Positions 8,908 to 18,585 are shown, counted from the first letter of the stretch. The stretch is DNA of 64,000 nt from an uncultured Desulfobacterales bacterium (GCA_964632805.1 CAZWCS010000005.1:943-64942), one strand, 5' to 3'. Notes: generated by a model from the sequence alone, not told the origin. A program made the numbers and translations.

Positions 8908-11103
8908 ATGGAAGGAGATTTTATTTTGCAAACCAATCCCCTGACAACGATCATGGCGCCGAAATCCATCGCCTTTTTCGGGGCCGGGAGCAATCCCGGA
9001 AAAATGGGCAGCATGCAGTTTCTGAACCTTTTGTATTCCGGCTTTCCGGGGGACATTTACCCCGTTCATCCCCGGGAAAAGGAACTGTTCGGCCATCGCG
9101 TCTGGCCCTCGGTAAAGGCGCTGCCCGAGGTTCCGGACCTGGCCATTCTGGTTCTGCCGGCCAAAGTCATTGGCGAAGTCATGGCGCAGCTCGGAGAAAA
9201 AGGAACCCGCCATGCGGTGATTGTCAGCGCCGGGTTCACGGAAATCGGGGCCGAGGGGATAAAACAGGAAAAAGAACTGCTGGATATCTGCCGCCGGCAT
9301 GATATGCGGTTTGTGGGGCCCAACTGTATGGGTATTATGAATACCACGCACCCCTTTAACTGCACGGTGGCGCCGTTTTTCGGGCCGCCGGGAAAACTGG
9401 GCCTGATTTCGCAGAGCGGCACCTATGTAGGCCAGGTGATTTCCTATCTGAAAAAACGGGGCATCAATTTCAGCAAGGCCATCAGCACCGGCAATGAAAG
9501 CAGCATCGACCTGGTGGATTGTCTGGGCTATCTTGGCGAAGACGAGGAAACCCGGGCCATCGGGATGTATATCGAGTCCATTCGGCGCGGGGAACGCTTT
9601 CTGGAAGTGGCCCGCCAGGTCAGTCGCAAAAAACCTGTTCTGGTGCAATATGTAGGCGGCACGACCGCCGGCGCCCGGGCCGGTGCCAGTCATACCGGGG
9701 CCATGGCGGGACCGGACTATATTTATAACGGCCTCTTTGCCCAGGCCGGAGTGATCCGGGTCAACAGCGTGGAAGAGATTTACACCATCGGCCAGGCCCT
9801 GGCCACGCAGCCGCTGCCGAAAAGCGGCCGCGTCGGCATTCTGACCAACTCCGGCGGTCCGGCCACGGCCATGGCCACCACCCTGGAAGCACACGGCCTG
9901 GAACTGCCGGAACTGTCCGCGGCCACCCGGCGCCGGATTGATGCTCTGATTCCGCCCAGCGCCACTTCCCGGAACCCGGTGGATATCACCTTTCACCCGG
10001 ACATTTCTCTGGTGGCGGAAAAAATTCCCGAAATTCTCATGGAAACGCCGGATATCGACGGGCTGCTGGTGCACGGGATCATGGATACCGGCTGGTTTGA
10101 CGCCATTGCGCCGCTGGCGGAAAAATATCTGGATACTTCCAGCGAGGCGCTGCGGCAGGTCTTTACAGCAGATCTGCGCCGGACGGTAACCTTGCCGGCC
10201 CGACATGACAAACCACTGCTGGTATCCTCCTTTTTCCAGCAGGAAGATTGCGCCGCCCGGACGTTTATGGAACATCAGATTCCCGTTTTTGACGGGCCGG
10301 AAAAAGCGGCCCGGGCCATGGCCGTGCTGCGGCAGTATGCCCAAATCAAAAACCGGCCGCCGGATCTCCCGGCGGAGAAACCGTCTCCGTCGCCGGAAGC
10401 CCGAATGTTCCGGGACAAAGCCCCGGCCGGGACCCTGGACGAGGCGGATGCCAAAACTCTTCTCGCGGCCTACGGGATTCCGGTCTGCCGGGAAATTCGC
10501 GTAAAAACGCCGGAAGAAGCCGTGGCCGCCGCCCGGGACATCGGTTTTCCGGTGGTGGTCAAGGGATGCCATGCTGCGATTACCCACAAAAGCGAGCAGG
10601 GGCTGGTACATCTGAACCTCACCGATAAAGCCTCCGTGGAAGCGGCCTGCCGGCACATTGTCGCCACTGCCGGGGACGTCGCCTTTCTGGTTTGTGAGCA
10701 GGTGGCCGGCGAACTGGAAGTCATGGCGGGAATGACACGGTTTCCGGGATTTCCGCCGGCGATTCTGTTCGGCCTGGGTGGGATATACGCCGAGGTGCTC
10801 CAGGACAGTGCGGTGCGCTTGGCGCCCTTCGGAACCACCGAGGCCCTGAATCAGATCGTGTCTTTGCGGTCGGCCTCTTTGTTAAACGGTTATCGGGGGC
10901 AGCCGGTTGCGGATAAAGACGCCCTGGCCGATATTCTGGTCCGGCTCGGATATCTGGCCCTGGATTGTCCCTGGATCCGGGAATTGGACATCAATCCTGT
11001 CTGTATCCGGCAGGGACAACCGGTGGTGGTGGATGCCCTGGTGGTAACCGGAGAGACCGCGGATCTCTCGGGGATTGTTGAAAACGATTTTACTGTAAAG
11101 TAA
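8908..11103 (+). CDS. ADP-forming acyl-CoA (acetyl-CoA) synthetase, fused alpha-beta form (CoA-binding, CoA-ligase and ATP-grasp domains)
   Basis: 731-aa ORF. N-terminus IAFFGAGSNPGKMG (CoA-binding Rossmann), ISQSGT and SHTGAMAG motifs. The C-terminal ATP-grasp region (EADAKTLLAAYGIPV...) is homologous to the separate beta subunit at 16342-17022. Confidence 0.85.
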   Translation: MEGDFILQTNPLTTIMAPKSIAFFGAGSNPGKMGSMQFLNLLYSGFPGDIYPVHPREKELFGHRVWPSVKALPEVPDLAILVLPAKVIGEVMAQLGEKGTRHAVIVSAGFTEIGAEGIKQEKELLDICRRHDMRFVGPNCMGIMNTTHPFNCTVAPFFGPPGKLGLISQSGTYVGQVISYLKKRGINFSKAISTGNESSIDLVDCLGYLGEDEETRAIGMYIESIRRGERFLEVARQVSRKKPVLVQYVGGTTAGARAGASHTGAMAGPDYIYNGLFAQAGVIRVNSVEEIYTIGQALATQPLPKSGRVGILTNSGGPATAMATTLEAHGLELPELSAATRRRIDALIPPSATSRNPVDITFHPDISLVAEKIPEILMETPDIDGLLVHGIMDTGWFDAIAPLAEKYLDTSSEALRQVFTADLRRTVTLPARHDKPLLVSSFFQQEDCAARTFMEHQIPVFDGPEKAARAMAVLRQYAQIKNRPPDLPAEKPSPSPEARMFRDKAPAGTLDEADAKTLLAAYGIPVCREIRVKTPEEAVAAARDIGFPVVVKGCHAAITHKSEQGLVHLNLTDKASVEAACRHIVATAGDVAFLVCEQVAGELEVMAGMTRFPGFPPAILFGLGGIYAEVLQDSAVRLAPFGTTEALNQIVSLRSASLLNGYRGQPVADKDALADILVRLGYLALDCPWIRELDINPVCIRQGQPVVVDALVVTGETADLSGIVENDFTVK

Positions 11104-13006
11104 ATTCCAGCCCCAGTTTTTTACAGGTTTTCGGCGTGGGCACGCCCTCCTTGTCCCAACCCCGGAGTTTGTAATACTTGGGCAGCATTTTGTCGATCGG
11201 CACCCGCATTTTGGGATTGCCGGAAAGCCCTTCTTCGGTAAACCGTTTGGGCAGGCAGTCGTCTTTTTTGGTCAGGCCTTCCCGCATGTTAAACAGCCGC
11301 TCCAGGGTGTAACCGCGTTTGCCCACTTCCACAAACAGGCCGAAGTGCATTTTCATGCCGGTGGCCTCCCGCAGGGCTTTGGAATGGGGCAGCATGGGCA
11401 GGTCGATTTTCTGCATCCAGGCCGGCATCCGGAGGGAGGCATCGATGGTGGGCCACGTCCAGGTCAGCACAAAGCTGGCGATGGCCGAAGCCAGGGGATG
11501 GTCGGGCAGTTTGAAAGCGGCCGGAGGAACAAAGGTCCAGGAGGTAAACAGACAGTTACCGCCGGCGCTGATGGCGGCCATCAGATCCTGGTCCAGGACC
11601 ACCCAGCCCGGTTTGGACCGGACATGCAGGGGATTGAGCTTCATGGGGCCGGAAACTTCAAAGTAGATCATGTAGCCGCCGTCCAGATGGCAGGCGCCCC
11701 GGTTGGCGGTGGCATATCCCAGTCCATGGCCCACGGCGGCCCGGGGTTCGTAAGCGGCCATCTCCAGTCCTTTGGCGTGGGCGGCATAATCTTCGCCGCC
11801 ATACTTGGCCGAAAGGCGCTTGACCCCTTCGGCCAGGTCATCACCGATACCGCGGCGATGGGCAATGTCATCCAAAATGGCGGAGATGTTGTCGGCATTG
11901 CCGAACGCGATACCATTATCCCAGAGACCGTTTTTGTTCAACTCTGCGGCAAAACCCAGAACATTGCCCACGCTGATGGTATCCATGCCCAAAAGATCCA
12001 GTTCATAATTCCAGCGGATTATGGCTTCCATGTCATGGATGCCCAGGTTGGAGCCCATGAGGCAGAGGACTTCATATTCCGGGCCCTTGATATTTTTGCC
12101 GTTGTATTCCACTACCCGGCCGCAGCGGATGGGGCAGGAAACACATCCGTAGTTTTTCACCAGAAATTCTTCGGCCAGGCGTTCTCCACTGATGTCATAG
12201 GCGTGTTCAAAGGTTCCTTCACTGAAATTCCGGGTGGGCAGGGCGTTGTTCTGGGACAAAATGTTCAGAAATACGGCGGTCCCGTATTTGGGCACGATTT
12301 CGCCGGTGGCGGGATGATTCTGAATCACCTTGACCCATTTTTTAACGGTTTTTTTGAACGCCTCGGGATTGGCGGTTTCAATTTTGATTTTTCCCCGGGC
12401 CACCATCCCCTTCAGGTTTTTGGAGCCCATTACCGCGCCCATGCCGGATCTTCCGTGGCTCCGCTCCTGGGATACCACCGAAGCAAACTTGACCCGATTT
12501 TCTCCGGCCGGACCGATGGCCATGGCCCCCCCTTTTTCTCCGGCCAGCATGTCTTCCTGGGCCTGCTGGGTGTCCTTGCCCCAGATACCGGCGGCGTCTT
12601 TAATTTCCGCCTGGCCGTTATTGATTTCGATATAGACCGGCTTATCGGCTTTGCCGCGCACCACTACCCCGTCAAATCCTGCCCGTTTCAGGTGAATGCC
12701 GAAGTTACCGCCGCTGTTGGAATGGCCGATTCCCCCGGAAGTGGGGCTTTTGGAGGAAATATCGTAGCGGCTGGTCGATGGTGCGCCGGTTCCGGTCAGG
12801 GGCGACGTCATAACAATCAGCAGATTGTCCGGAGAGAGAGGGTCCACGCCCCGAGGCAGGGCATCCCATAAAATTTTGGTGGAGAGATAGCGGCCGCCGA
12901 GAAATTTTTTCCGATCTTCATCGGAAACCGGGTATTCCCCAATCGTTCCGGCAGACAGATCCACATCCAGTACTTTTCCCATGTATCCTTTATATTTGCT
13001 TGACAT
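11090..13006 (-). CDS. aor: aldehyde:ferredoxin oxidoreductase (tungstopterin AOR family)
   Basis: 638-aa ORF. N-terminus YMGKVLDVDLSAGTIGEYPVSDEDRKKFLGGRYLSTKILWD and the Cys motif CVSCPIRCGR are typical of AOR. AAGGAGG RBS. The 3' end overlaps the convergent synthetase gene by 14 nt. Confidence 0.85.
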   Translation of the reverse strand: MSSKYKGYMGKVLDVDLSAGTIGEYPVSDEDRKKFLGGRYLSTKILWDALPRGVDPLSPDNLLIVMTSPLTGTGAPSTSRYDISSKSPTSGGIGHSNSGGNFGIHLKRAGFDGVVVRGKADKPVYIEINNGQAEIKDAAGIWGKDTQQAQEDMLAGEKGGAMAIGPAGENRVKFASVVSQERSHGRSGMGAVMGSKNLKGMVARGKIKIETANPEAFKKTVKKWVKVIQNHPATGEIVPKYGTAVFLNILSQNNALPTRNFSEGTFEHAYDISGERLAEEFLVKNYGCVSCPIRCGRVVEYNGKNIKGPEYEVLCLMGSNLGIHDMEAIIRWNYELDLLGMDTISVGNVLGFAAELNKNGLWDNGIAFGNADNISAILDDIAHRRGIGDDLAEGVKRLSAKYGGEDYAAHAKGLEMAAYEPRAAVGHGLGYATANRGACHLDGGYMIYFEVSGPMKLNPLHVRSKPGWVVLDQDLMAAISAGGNCLFTSWTFVPPAAFKLPDHPLASAIASFVLTWTWPTIDASLRMPAWMQKIDLPMLPHSKALREATGMKMHFGLFVEVGKRGYTLERLFNMREGLTKKDDCLPKRFTEEGLSGNPKMRVPIDKMLPKYYKLRGWDKEGVPTPKTCKKLGLEFTLQ

Positions 13007-13060
13007 GGCCCCTCCTTATATAGGGTGGTTGGGCAAAATGATATTTAGGTGTACCTTTTC

Positions 13061-13089
13061 TCTATATGTCATTTTTATCCTGATGTCAA
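13061..13089 (-). promoter_or_regulatory. candidate sigma70 promoter for aor (TTGACA-17-TATAGA)
   Basis: On the minus strand: TTGACA (13084-13089), 17-nt spacer, TATAGA (13061-13066), about 50 nt upstream of the aor ATG. Confidence 0.4.
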
Positions 13090-13276
13090 AAAATATTTAG
13101 ACACAGGCCTTTCCCGCTTCATCCGACTGGTTATTTCAAGCGCACACCTTCTATTATCTATCCGAAAATGAAGAATTTAATGATTGGCTTCTTCTCCACC
13201 CCTCTGATCATGAAAAAGGACCAGGCCCTTCCCCAATGGTTTTTGCAAAAATCCCCACAGCATTCGCGGGTTTTAT

Positions 13277-13306
13277 TTGCATGCCGGCAGGATTCAGTGG
13301 TATAAG
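13277..13306 (+). promoter_or_regulatory. candidate sigma70 promoter for gltX (TTGCAT-18-TATAAG)
   Basis: TTGCAT at 13277-13282, 18-nt spacer, TATAAG at 13301-13306, about 78 nt upstream of the GTG start. Confidence 0.35.
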
Positions 13307-13383
13307 CAATTTGTTTATTGAAAGGTCAATTTCGGTTCAAAGCAAGAAAACAGACAAGGGACGTTCGCAACAAGGAGAAAACC

Positions 13384-14781
13384 GTGACCATTGTTACCCG
13401 CTTTCCACCAAGTCCGACGGGCCATCTCCATGTCGGCGGGGCTCGAACGGCTCTCTTTAACTGGCTCTATGCCCGTCACACCGGTGGTCGATTTATTTTG
13501 CGCATTGAGGATACGGATATTCAACGATCCACAACTATCTCCACTGAGGGTATCATTCAATCCCTGCAATGGCTGGGTATTGACTGGGATGAAGGCCCGT
13601 ATTTTCAATCGAAACGGTTTGATATTTATAAAGAACATATTCAAAAACTGGTGGACAAGGGGCATGCCTATTATTGTACCTGTTCTTCAGAACGACTGGA
13701 AACCATGCGGAGAGAAGCCAAAGCCAGGGGGAAGAACCCGCTTTATGACGGTACCTGTCGGGGAAAGGGGCTTCCGCCGTCTGATAAAGCGGTTGTTCGC
13801 TTGAAAACACCCGCTGCCGGCAAAACCGTGCTGGAAGACCGGGTCAAGGGCCGCATCGCCTTCGACAATACAGAGACCGGTGACTTTATTATTCAGCGCA
13901 GTGACGGTACCCCCACCTATCATTTTGCGGTGGTGGTGGATGATATTACCATGGGGGTCAACACCATTATTCGGGGCGATGATCATGTCGCCAACACCCC
14001 CCGGCAGATGATGCTGTATCAGGCACTGGAATGTGAATTGCCGGAATACGCCCATGTTCCCATGGTGCTGGGCAGCGACCGGGCCCGCCTGAGTAAGCGT
14101 CACGGAGCCATGTCCGTTTTGGAATATCGCGATATGGGCTATCTTCCGGAAGGTCTGCTGAATTATCTGGTCCGCCTGGGCTGGTCCCACGGCGATCAGG
14201 AATTTTTTACCATTCCGGAACTGATCTCGCTGTTTTCCCTGGAACATCTCGGCACTTCCGCGGGGGTGTTCAACCCGGAAAAACTTCTGGCCATTAATGC
14301 CGAACATATAAAAACCGGCTCCCCGTCCTGTCTGGCGGGTCACTTGCGACCCTTTCTGGAAGCCAGAGGGTATTTTGTGACGGACGAAGATTATTTACAA
14401 AAAGTGATTCAGACGCTTCTCGTTCGCAGCAAGACCCTGGTGGAAATGGCGGAAAAAGCGGCCTTTTATTACGAAAACCAAATTGCTTATGAGGAAAAGG
14501 CGGCGCAAAAATTTTTGCGGCCTGAAATTCTGGAGGCACTCCAATGTTTGATGGAAGAACTGGAAAAAGCAGAGGTTTTTTCTCAGCCTGCTCTGGAGAC
14601 CGCTTTTCAGTCCGTAATGGACCGGACCGGTTTGAAGTTCGGCAAGATCGCCCAGCCTGTCCGGGTGGCGCTGACCGGGAAGACCGAAAGCCCGGGGATT
14701 TTTGAAACCATGGAGACCCTGGGCAGACCGGCGGTGATGGAACGGTTGCAGCAGGCGGTGGAATATATCCACAAGCAATAG
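13384..14781 (+). CDS. gltX: glutamate--tRNA ligase
   Basis: GTG 13384 is preceded by AAGGAG. VTIVTRFPPSPTGHLHVGGARTALFNWLYA contains the HIGH motif, and LSKRHG is the KMSKS equivalent. Confidence 0.9.
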   Translation: MTIVTRFPPSPTGHLHVGGARTALFNWLYARHTGGRFILRIEDTDIQRSTTISTEGIIQSLQWLGIDWDEGPYFQSKRFDIYKEHIQKLVDKGHAYYCTCSSERLETMRREAKARGKNPLYDGTCRGKGLPPSDKAVVRLKTPAAGKTVLEDRVKGRIAFDNTETGDFIIQRSDGTPTYHFAVVVDDITMGVNTIIRGDDHVANTPRQMMLYQALECELPEYAHVPMVLGSDRARLSKRHGAMSVLEYRDMGYLPEGLLNYLVRLGWSHGDQEFFTIPELISLFSLEHLGTSAGVFNPEKLLAINAEHIKTGSPSCLAGHLRPFLEARGYFVTDEDYLQKVIQTLLVRSKTLVEMAEKAAFYYENQIAYEEKAAQKFLRPEILEALQCLMEELEKAEVFSQPALETAFQSVMDRTGLKFGKIAQPVRVALTGKTESPGIFETMETLGRPAVMERLQQAVEYIHKQ

Positions 14782-14861
14782 GCAGCAAAAGCCTCGGGGA
14801 AAGGCGCCAAATAGAAAATTTTTATAAGGCCCCGACGGGTTAAAACGGCGAAAACAGATCG

Positions 14862-16325
14862 TCAGGCGGACTGAGCGGTAATTTTCTCTCGCATTTGCCG
14901 ATATTGCAACAGAGCTCTGATGGCCTGGACCGCCCGTTCCGGGCCTTGATAGAACGGTACGCCGGCCCGGGCCAAAGACCGGGGAGGTAAATCCTGCCGG
15001 TCTTGATAAGAGAAACAGACTACCGGCTTCTGGGCGCTGTCAATGATGCTCCGGATATTCCGCGCGACCTCGTCAAAAACCTGCTCCAGGGTCTCTTCCA
15101 GCTTGTCTCTGGCAATACCCGCTTCCCGCAGGTACCGTTTCACCATGGCCGGCGACAGGTAAAAATACAGCAGAACCGTGTGGCAGGCGGGGTCTTTGAT
15201 CAAAACTTTGGGAATAGTGGTAAAGAACTGTATGACATCCTGCATAAAGGTGACATCGACCGGATTGCGCAGACTGCCCGTTGCCGGTACGATGCCGGAG
15301 AGGTCTTTTTTGGTCTCCTCCGCGGGCAGCGGCAGGGTGAATCCGACGCGTCCACAGGCGTCGGAAGCCACGGCCCCCGGCCCTCCGGAGTGGGTCTGAA
15401 CAAAAACCTGGTTGCCTTGCGGCAGGGGGAGCTGGCCCAGGGCCATACAGAAATCAAACAGTTCCGTCAAGGACTGGGCGCGGATAACACCGGCCTGACG
15501 GAAGATACCGTCGTACAATTCATCCGGTCCGGACAGGGCGCCCGTATGAGAAAGGGCCGCCTGCCGGCCAGTCTCCGAGCCGCCCACATAAAGGGCGACA
15601 ATCGGTTTATCCGGCACGATACGGCGCGCGGTTTCCACAAATTTCCGACCCCGGCGAAGTCCCTCAATGTAAAGGGCGATGACTTTTGTCTCCGGGCAAG
15701 CCCCCAGGTATTCCAAACAATCAACGATATCGGTGTTGGCTTCATTACCGACACTGAAAGCGGAACTGAAACCCAGCTTCATATTTTCCAGATAGGTAAA
15801 CATCTGGGTGACAAAACTGCCGCTTTGCGAGGCCAGCCCGATGAATCCCGCTTTGCAGGTATATTTGTGGGGAGTGGTATTAAAGCGGTGATAGGCGTTG
15901 GTTACCCCGATACAGTTGGGGCCGATCATGGTCATACCGTATTTCTCGGCAATGGCGATCAGTTCCTCCTGCCGCCGGGCCCCTTCTTCCCCGGCCTCCT
16001 TAAACCCGCCGGAGACCACAATGGCATGCCGGATGCCTTTTTCCCCGCAGGCGACCAACACTTCGCAGACAATTTTGGTGGGCAGTACGATTAAAGCGAC
16101 ATCCGGTACTTCGGGAAGATCTTTTACACTGGGATAGGCCTTCAACCCCAGCACCTCGGTCTCTTTGGGATGAACCGGATAGACGGTTCCGGAAAACGCA
16201 AAATCCAGCAGGGCATGTAAAATGACCGTGCCCATGGCGGTGTAGCGATTGGAAGCCCCGAATATGGCCACACTTTCCGGATGGATGATGGGAAAAAGTC
16301 GATGTTCCTGAAGAGATACCGGCAT
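14862..16325 (-). CDS. ADP-forming acyl-CoA synthetase, alpha subunit (CoA-binding plus CoA-ligase domains)
   Basis: 487-aa ORF. VAIFGASNRYTAMG, ASQSGS and SHTGALSG motifs parallel the N-terminal two-thirds of the fused enzyme at 8908-11103. AGGAGA RBS. Confidence 0.85.
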   Translation of the reverse strand: MPVSLQEHRLFPIIHPESVAIFGASNRYTAMGTVILHALLDFAFSGTVYPVHPKETEVLGLKAYPSVKDLPEVPDVALIVLPTKIVCEVLVACGEKGIRHAIVVSGGFKEAGEEGARRQEELIAIAEKYGMTMIGPNCIGVTNAYHRFNTTPHKYTCKAGFIGLASQSGSFVTQMFTYLENMKLGFSSAFSVGNEANTDIVDCLEYLGACPETKVIALYIEGLRRGRKFVETARRIVPDKPIVALYVGGSETGRQAALSHTGALSGPDELYDGIFRQAGVIRAQSLTELFDFCMALGQLPLPQGNQVFVQTHSGGPGAVASDACGRVGFTLPLPAEETKKDLSGIVPATGSLRNPVDVTFMQDVIQFFTTIPKVLIKDPACHTVLLYFYLSPAMVKRYLREAGIARDKLEETLEQVFDEVARNIRSIIDSAQKPVVCFSYQDRQDLPPRSLARAGVPFYQGPERAVQAIRALLQYRQMREKITAQSA

Positions 16326-16341
16326 ATGTTTTTGTCGTCTC

Positions 16342-17022
16342 CTATTTTAAAACAATCAGGGCGTCCACTGCCACTACCCGGCCGGAGGCGGTGATAATCA
16401 GCGGATTGATGTCGATTTCCGCCAAAGCCGGAAAGTCCAGGCCGATTTGTCCCACCTGAATGAGACACTGGTAGAGGGCGTCTTTATCAACTGGCGCCTC
16501 TCCTCGAAAACTTTTCAGCAGTTTTTTCGCGCGCAACTGTTCGCACATGTCCGCTGCTTCCCAGGCATCGAGGGGGGCCATCCGAAAAGCGGTGTCTTTC
16601 AATACTTCCGCCATAATCCCACCCAGCCCCAGCATAACGCAGGGACCGAACTGGGAATCCCGAATCAGTCCGACAAGCAGCTCCCGTTTGCCGGTAATCA
16701 TTTCCTGGACCAGAATTCCTTCCAGCCGGCCTTCAGCCCGATTGGAAAGATCTTCATAAACTTGTTGCACTTCCGTGCTGTTTTTCACATTAAGCGCTAC
16801 GAGCCCGCTTTCACTTTTATGCATCAGGGTTGGCGAACAGGCTTTGAGCACCACCGGGTAACCGATGGATTCTGCGGCAGTGGCAGCATCTTTTGCGCTG
16901 GTGGTCAGAGTCTCCCGGGGAACCGAAATATCATAAGCCTGTAAAACCTGTTTGGACCGGTACTCGGAGAGGGCCGGGTTTCCGTTGGTCAGAGCACTTT
17001 CAATTATCGTTTTGGCATCCAT
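16342..17022 (-). CDS. ADP-forming acyl-CoA synthetase, beta subunit (ATP-grasp)
   Basis: The ORF begins 16 nt upstream of the alpha subunit start. SEYRSKQVLQAYDISVP ... GYPVVLKACSPTLMHKSESGLV matches the C-terminal third of the fused enzyme. Start is ATG 17022 or TTG 17040. Confidence 0.8.
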   Translation of the reverse strand: MDAKTIIESALTNGNPALSEYRSKQVLQAYDISVPRETLTTSAKDAATAAESIGYPVVLKACSPTLMHKSESGLVALNVKNSTEVQQVYEDLSNRAEGRLEGILVQEMITGKRELLVGLIRDSQFGPCVMLGLGGIMAEVLKDTAFRMAPLDAWEAADMCEQLRAKKLLKSFRGEAPVDKDALYQCLIQVGQIGLDFPALAEIDINPLIITASGRVVAVDALIVLK

Positions 17023-17063
17023 TCTTTTCTTCCCGGACAAACGCCTGCCAATCTTGTTGGAAT

Positions 17064-17100
17064 ATTATAACCACTCTTGTCTGGAACATTTTATTATACA
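17064..17100 (-). promoter_or_regulatory. two candidate -10 boxes (TATAAT; extended TGTATAAT) upstream of the split synthetase operon
   Basis: Minus-strand TATAAT at 17064-17069 and TGTATAAT at 17093-17100 in an AT-rich intergenic region. No convincing -35 box. Confidence 0.3.
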
Positions 17101-17395
17101 GAAAGGCTATTTTACATTTGTAGAAAAAGGAGTCAAGAAGAAAAGCGGGCAAACATTGGCTGTTATCACTCTGATTCAGGGGGCCGGCATCCCGGCGGCA
17201 ATCAAAGCGATTCAGCCGTTTTCCATATTGATGTTTGTTGAAAATATTGAAAATCTCAGCAAATCATGAAAGATGCCGAAAATATTGGGGGAGAGAAAAT
17301 GACGCTGATCTACAAAAACAAAAAAGGGGACCGGTGGTCACTGTGGTTGGACTTCAGCTGGCGGCTTGAAGCGCGACCGGGCCGAGGAGAAATCG

Positions 17396-17427
17396 TTTTC
17401 CCCCGGAGCTGAAACTCCGGGGGAAAA
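17396..17427. other. perfect 13-bp inverted repeat with 6-nt loop downstream of the CpxP-like gene
   Basis: TTTTCCCCCGGAG (17396-17408), loop ctgaaa, CTCCGGGGGAAAA (17415-17427). There is no trailing U-tract on either strand, so it is not a canonical intrinsic terminator. Confidence 0.5.
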
Positions 17428-17441
17428 CGGTCGAAAAACAG

Positions 17442-17975
17442 CTACTCGGCCGCTGAGTGAGCCCGGGTACAGCCTTTCCCTTTGCCATACGAATGGGCAC
17501 CTGAAGAGCGGTCCGCTTTGCCGTCAGGAACCCGCGGGCAATAGTGTCCCTGCTTTTTGTCGTGAATTTTCATCAATTGCTGAAAGCGCTCGTTACCCAG
17601 TATATCCCGGCTGTTGAGCACAAACTGAAAACGATCTGTGGCCAGTCTGGTGCGAAGGGATTGAATCTCTTCAAAAATTTGCAAGCAATCCTTTTTGTTG
17701 AAGGTGTCTGCACTGAGCAGCATTTCCAGCGAAAGCATCTTTTTTTCAATGGCGGCTTTCTGATCGATAAGGGCTTTTTTGGTTTCGGTGTAAAGTGAAT
17801 CCAGTTTTTTCGATTCCGCCGGAGTGATCGCCAGTTTTTCGGCCAGAGCCGGTATTTTCCACCACCTCAGCAGCGGCATACCCATTCCTTTATCATGGTG
17901 ACCGGGACGGGCCAGGGCGGTTCCGAAAATCAAAAAACAGATGGTTGCCGTCAAGATTGCGATCTTGTTTGTCAT
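17442..17975 (-). CDS. periplasmic Spy/CpxP-like (LTxxQ-type) stress protein
   Basis: Signal peptide MTNKIAILTATICFLIFGTALA, followed by a helical body with LAITPAESKKLDSLYTETKKALIDQK. AAGGAGA RBS. It is the last gene of the ECF sigma operon. Confidence 0.6.
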   Translation of the reverse strand: MTNKIAILTATICFLIFGTALARPGHHDKGMGMPLLRWWKIPALAEKLAITPAESKKLDSLYTETKKALIDQKAAIEKKMLSLEMLLSADTFNKKDCLQIFEEIQSLRTRLATDRFQFVLNSRDILGNERFQQLMKIHDKKQGHYCPRVPDGKADRSSGAHSYGKGKGCTRAHSAAE

Positions 17976-18042
17976 GGATATCTCCTTTTTTTACGGGTTA
18001 TTGCTCGGCATTGCGGGGAAAAGCCGGGTCCGGAAATTTTTT

Positions 18043-18585
18043 TCAGGAAATATCCGGCACATCCCCAACCTCCTGTAGCGGCGCTACAAAATTAATAAAT
18101 TCTTCACTGGTATATTGAAACGCTTCGGTTTGGCGCGTAAACCCGGAGAGGGCGTAGGCTTCAATACCGGCGATTTCCGCAGCAAACGTTTCATCGGCCT
18201 GGATTTGCCTGAAAATCTTTGTTTCCGAAACGATTGGGGTGCCTGTTTGTCCCGAAAAAAGAAAGGTAAAGACACCGGTTGATATCAGACAAAGCAGCAG
18301 GGCGACGGAAAGGGACGGTATCAACCTCCGGGGCAGGGGGCGGGATTTCAGCCGCCGGGATTTTTCTCCGGCCAGAATAGCCGCTGTTCGGGGCGCAGAC
18401 ACGTAAACAGTATCTGCCGCCCGTTGGGAAAGTTTTTCCAGTTTCTCCCCCAGCGTTATCTGCCGGCTCTGACATTTTGCGCATTGCGTAAGATGCTGCC
18501 GGGCAACTTCCGGCAGGTCGGCGGCGTCCACAACCGCCCGTACAATTTCCTTCCGGGAAAGGTGAGGGGTGTTAATTGACATCAT
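18043..18585 (-). CDS. anti-sigma factor (zf-HC2-like N-terminus, single TM segment)
   Basis: HLTQCAKCQSRQ is a putative zinc-finger motif, with a central hydrophobic segment LIPSLSVALLLCLISTGVFTFLF. The start overlaps the sigma gene stop by 14 nt, and GGAGG lies upstream of ATG 18585. Confidence 0.7.
   Translation of the reverse strand: MMSINTPHLSRKEIVRAVVDAADLPEVARQHLTQCAKCQSRQITLGEKLEKLSQRAADTVYVSAPRTAAILAGEKSRRLKSRPLPRRLIPSLSVALLLCLISTGVFTFLFSGQTGTPIVSETKIFRQIQADETFAAEIAGIEAYALSGFTRQTEAFQYTSEEFINFVAPLQEVGDVPDIS

Noticed and set aside
8881-10656. 591-aa minus-strand ORF antisense to the fused acyl-CoA synthetase
   Set aside because: It is Gly/Arg/Pro-rich and low-complexity, with no recognisable motif. 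It lies entirely opposite a gene with clear family motifs, which is typical of a shadow ORF in GC-rich coding DNA.
11345-12871. 508-aa plus-strand ORF antisense to aor
   Set aside because: Same reasoning. The composition is dominated by G, A, P and H, with no domain signature, and the opposite strand encodes a convincing AOR.
13007-13383. Search for a sigma-54 promoter (TGGCAC-N5-TTGC) in the aor/gltX intergenic region, and similarly at 21622-22079 and 58161-58372
   Set aside because: No GG-N10-GC element with correct spacing was found. TGGCAC at about 22005 and TGGCAT at about 58282 both lack the TTGC half-site.
16952-17269. 105-aa plus-strand ORF in the AT-rich region upstream of the split synthetase operon
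   Set aside because: It begins inside the beta-subunit gene on the other strand and has no SD or homology features. The region is better explained as a promoter region.
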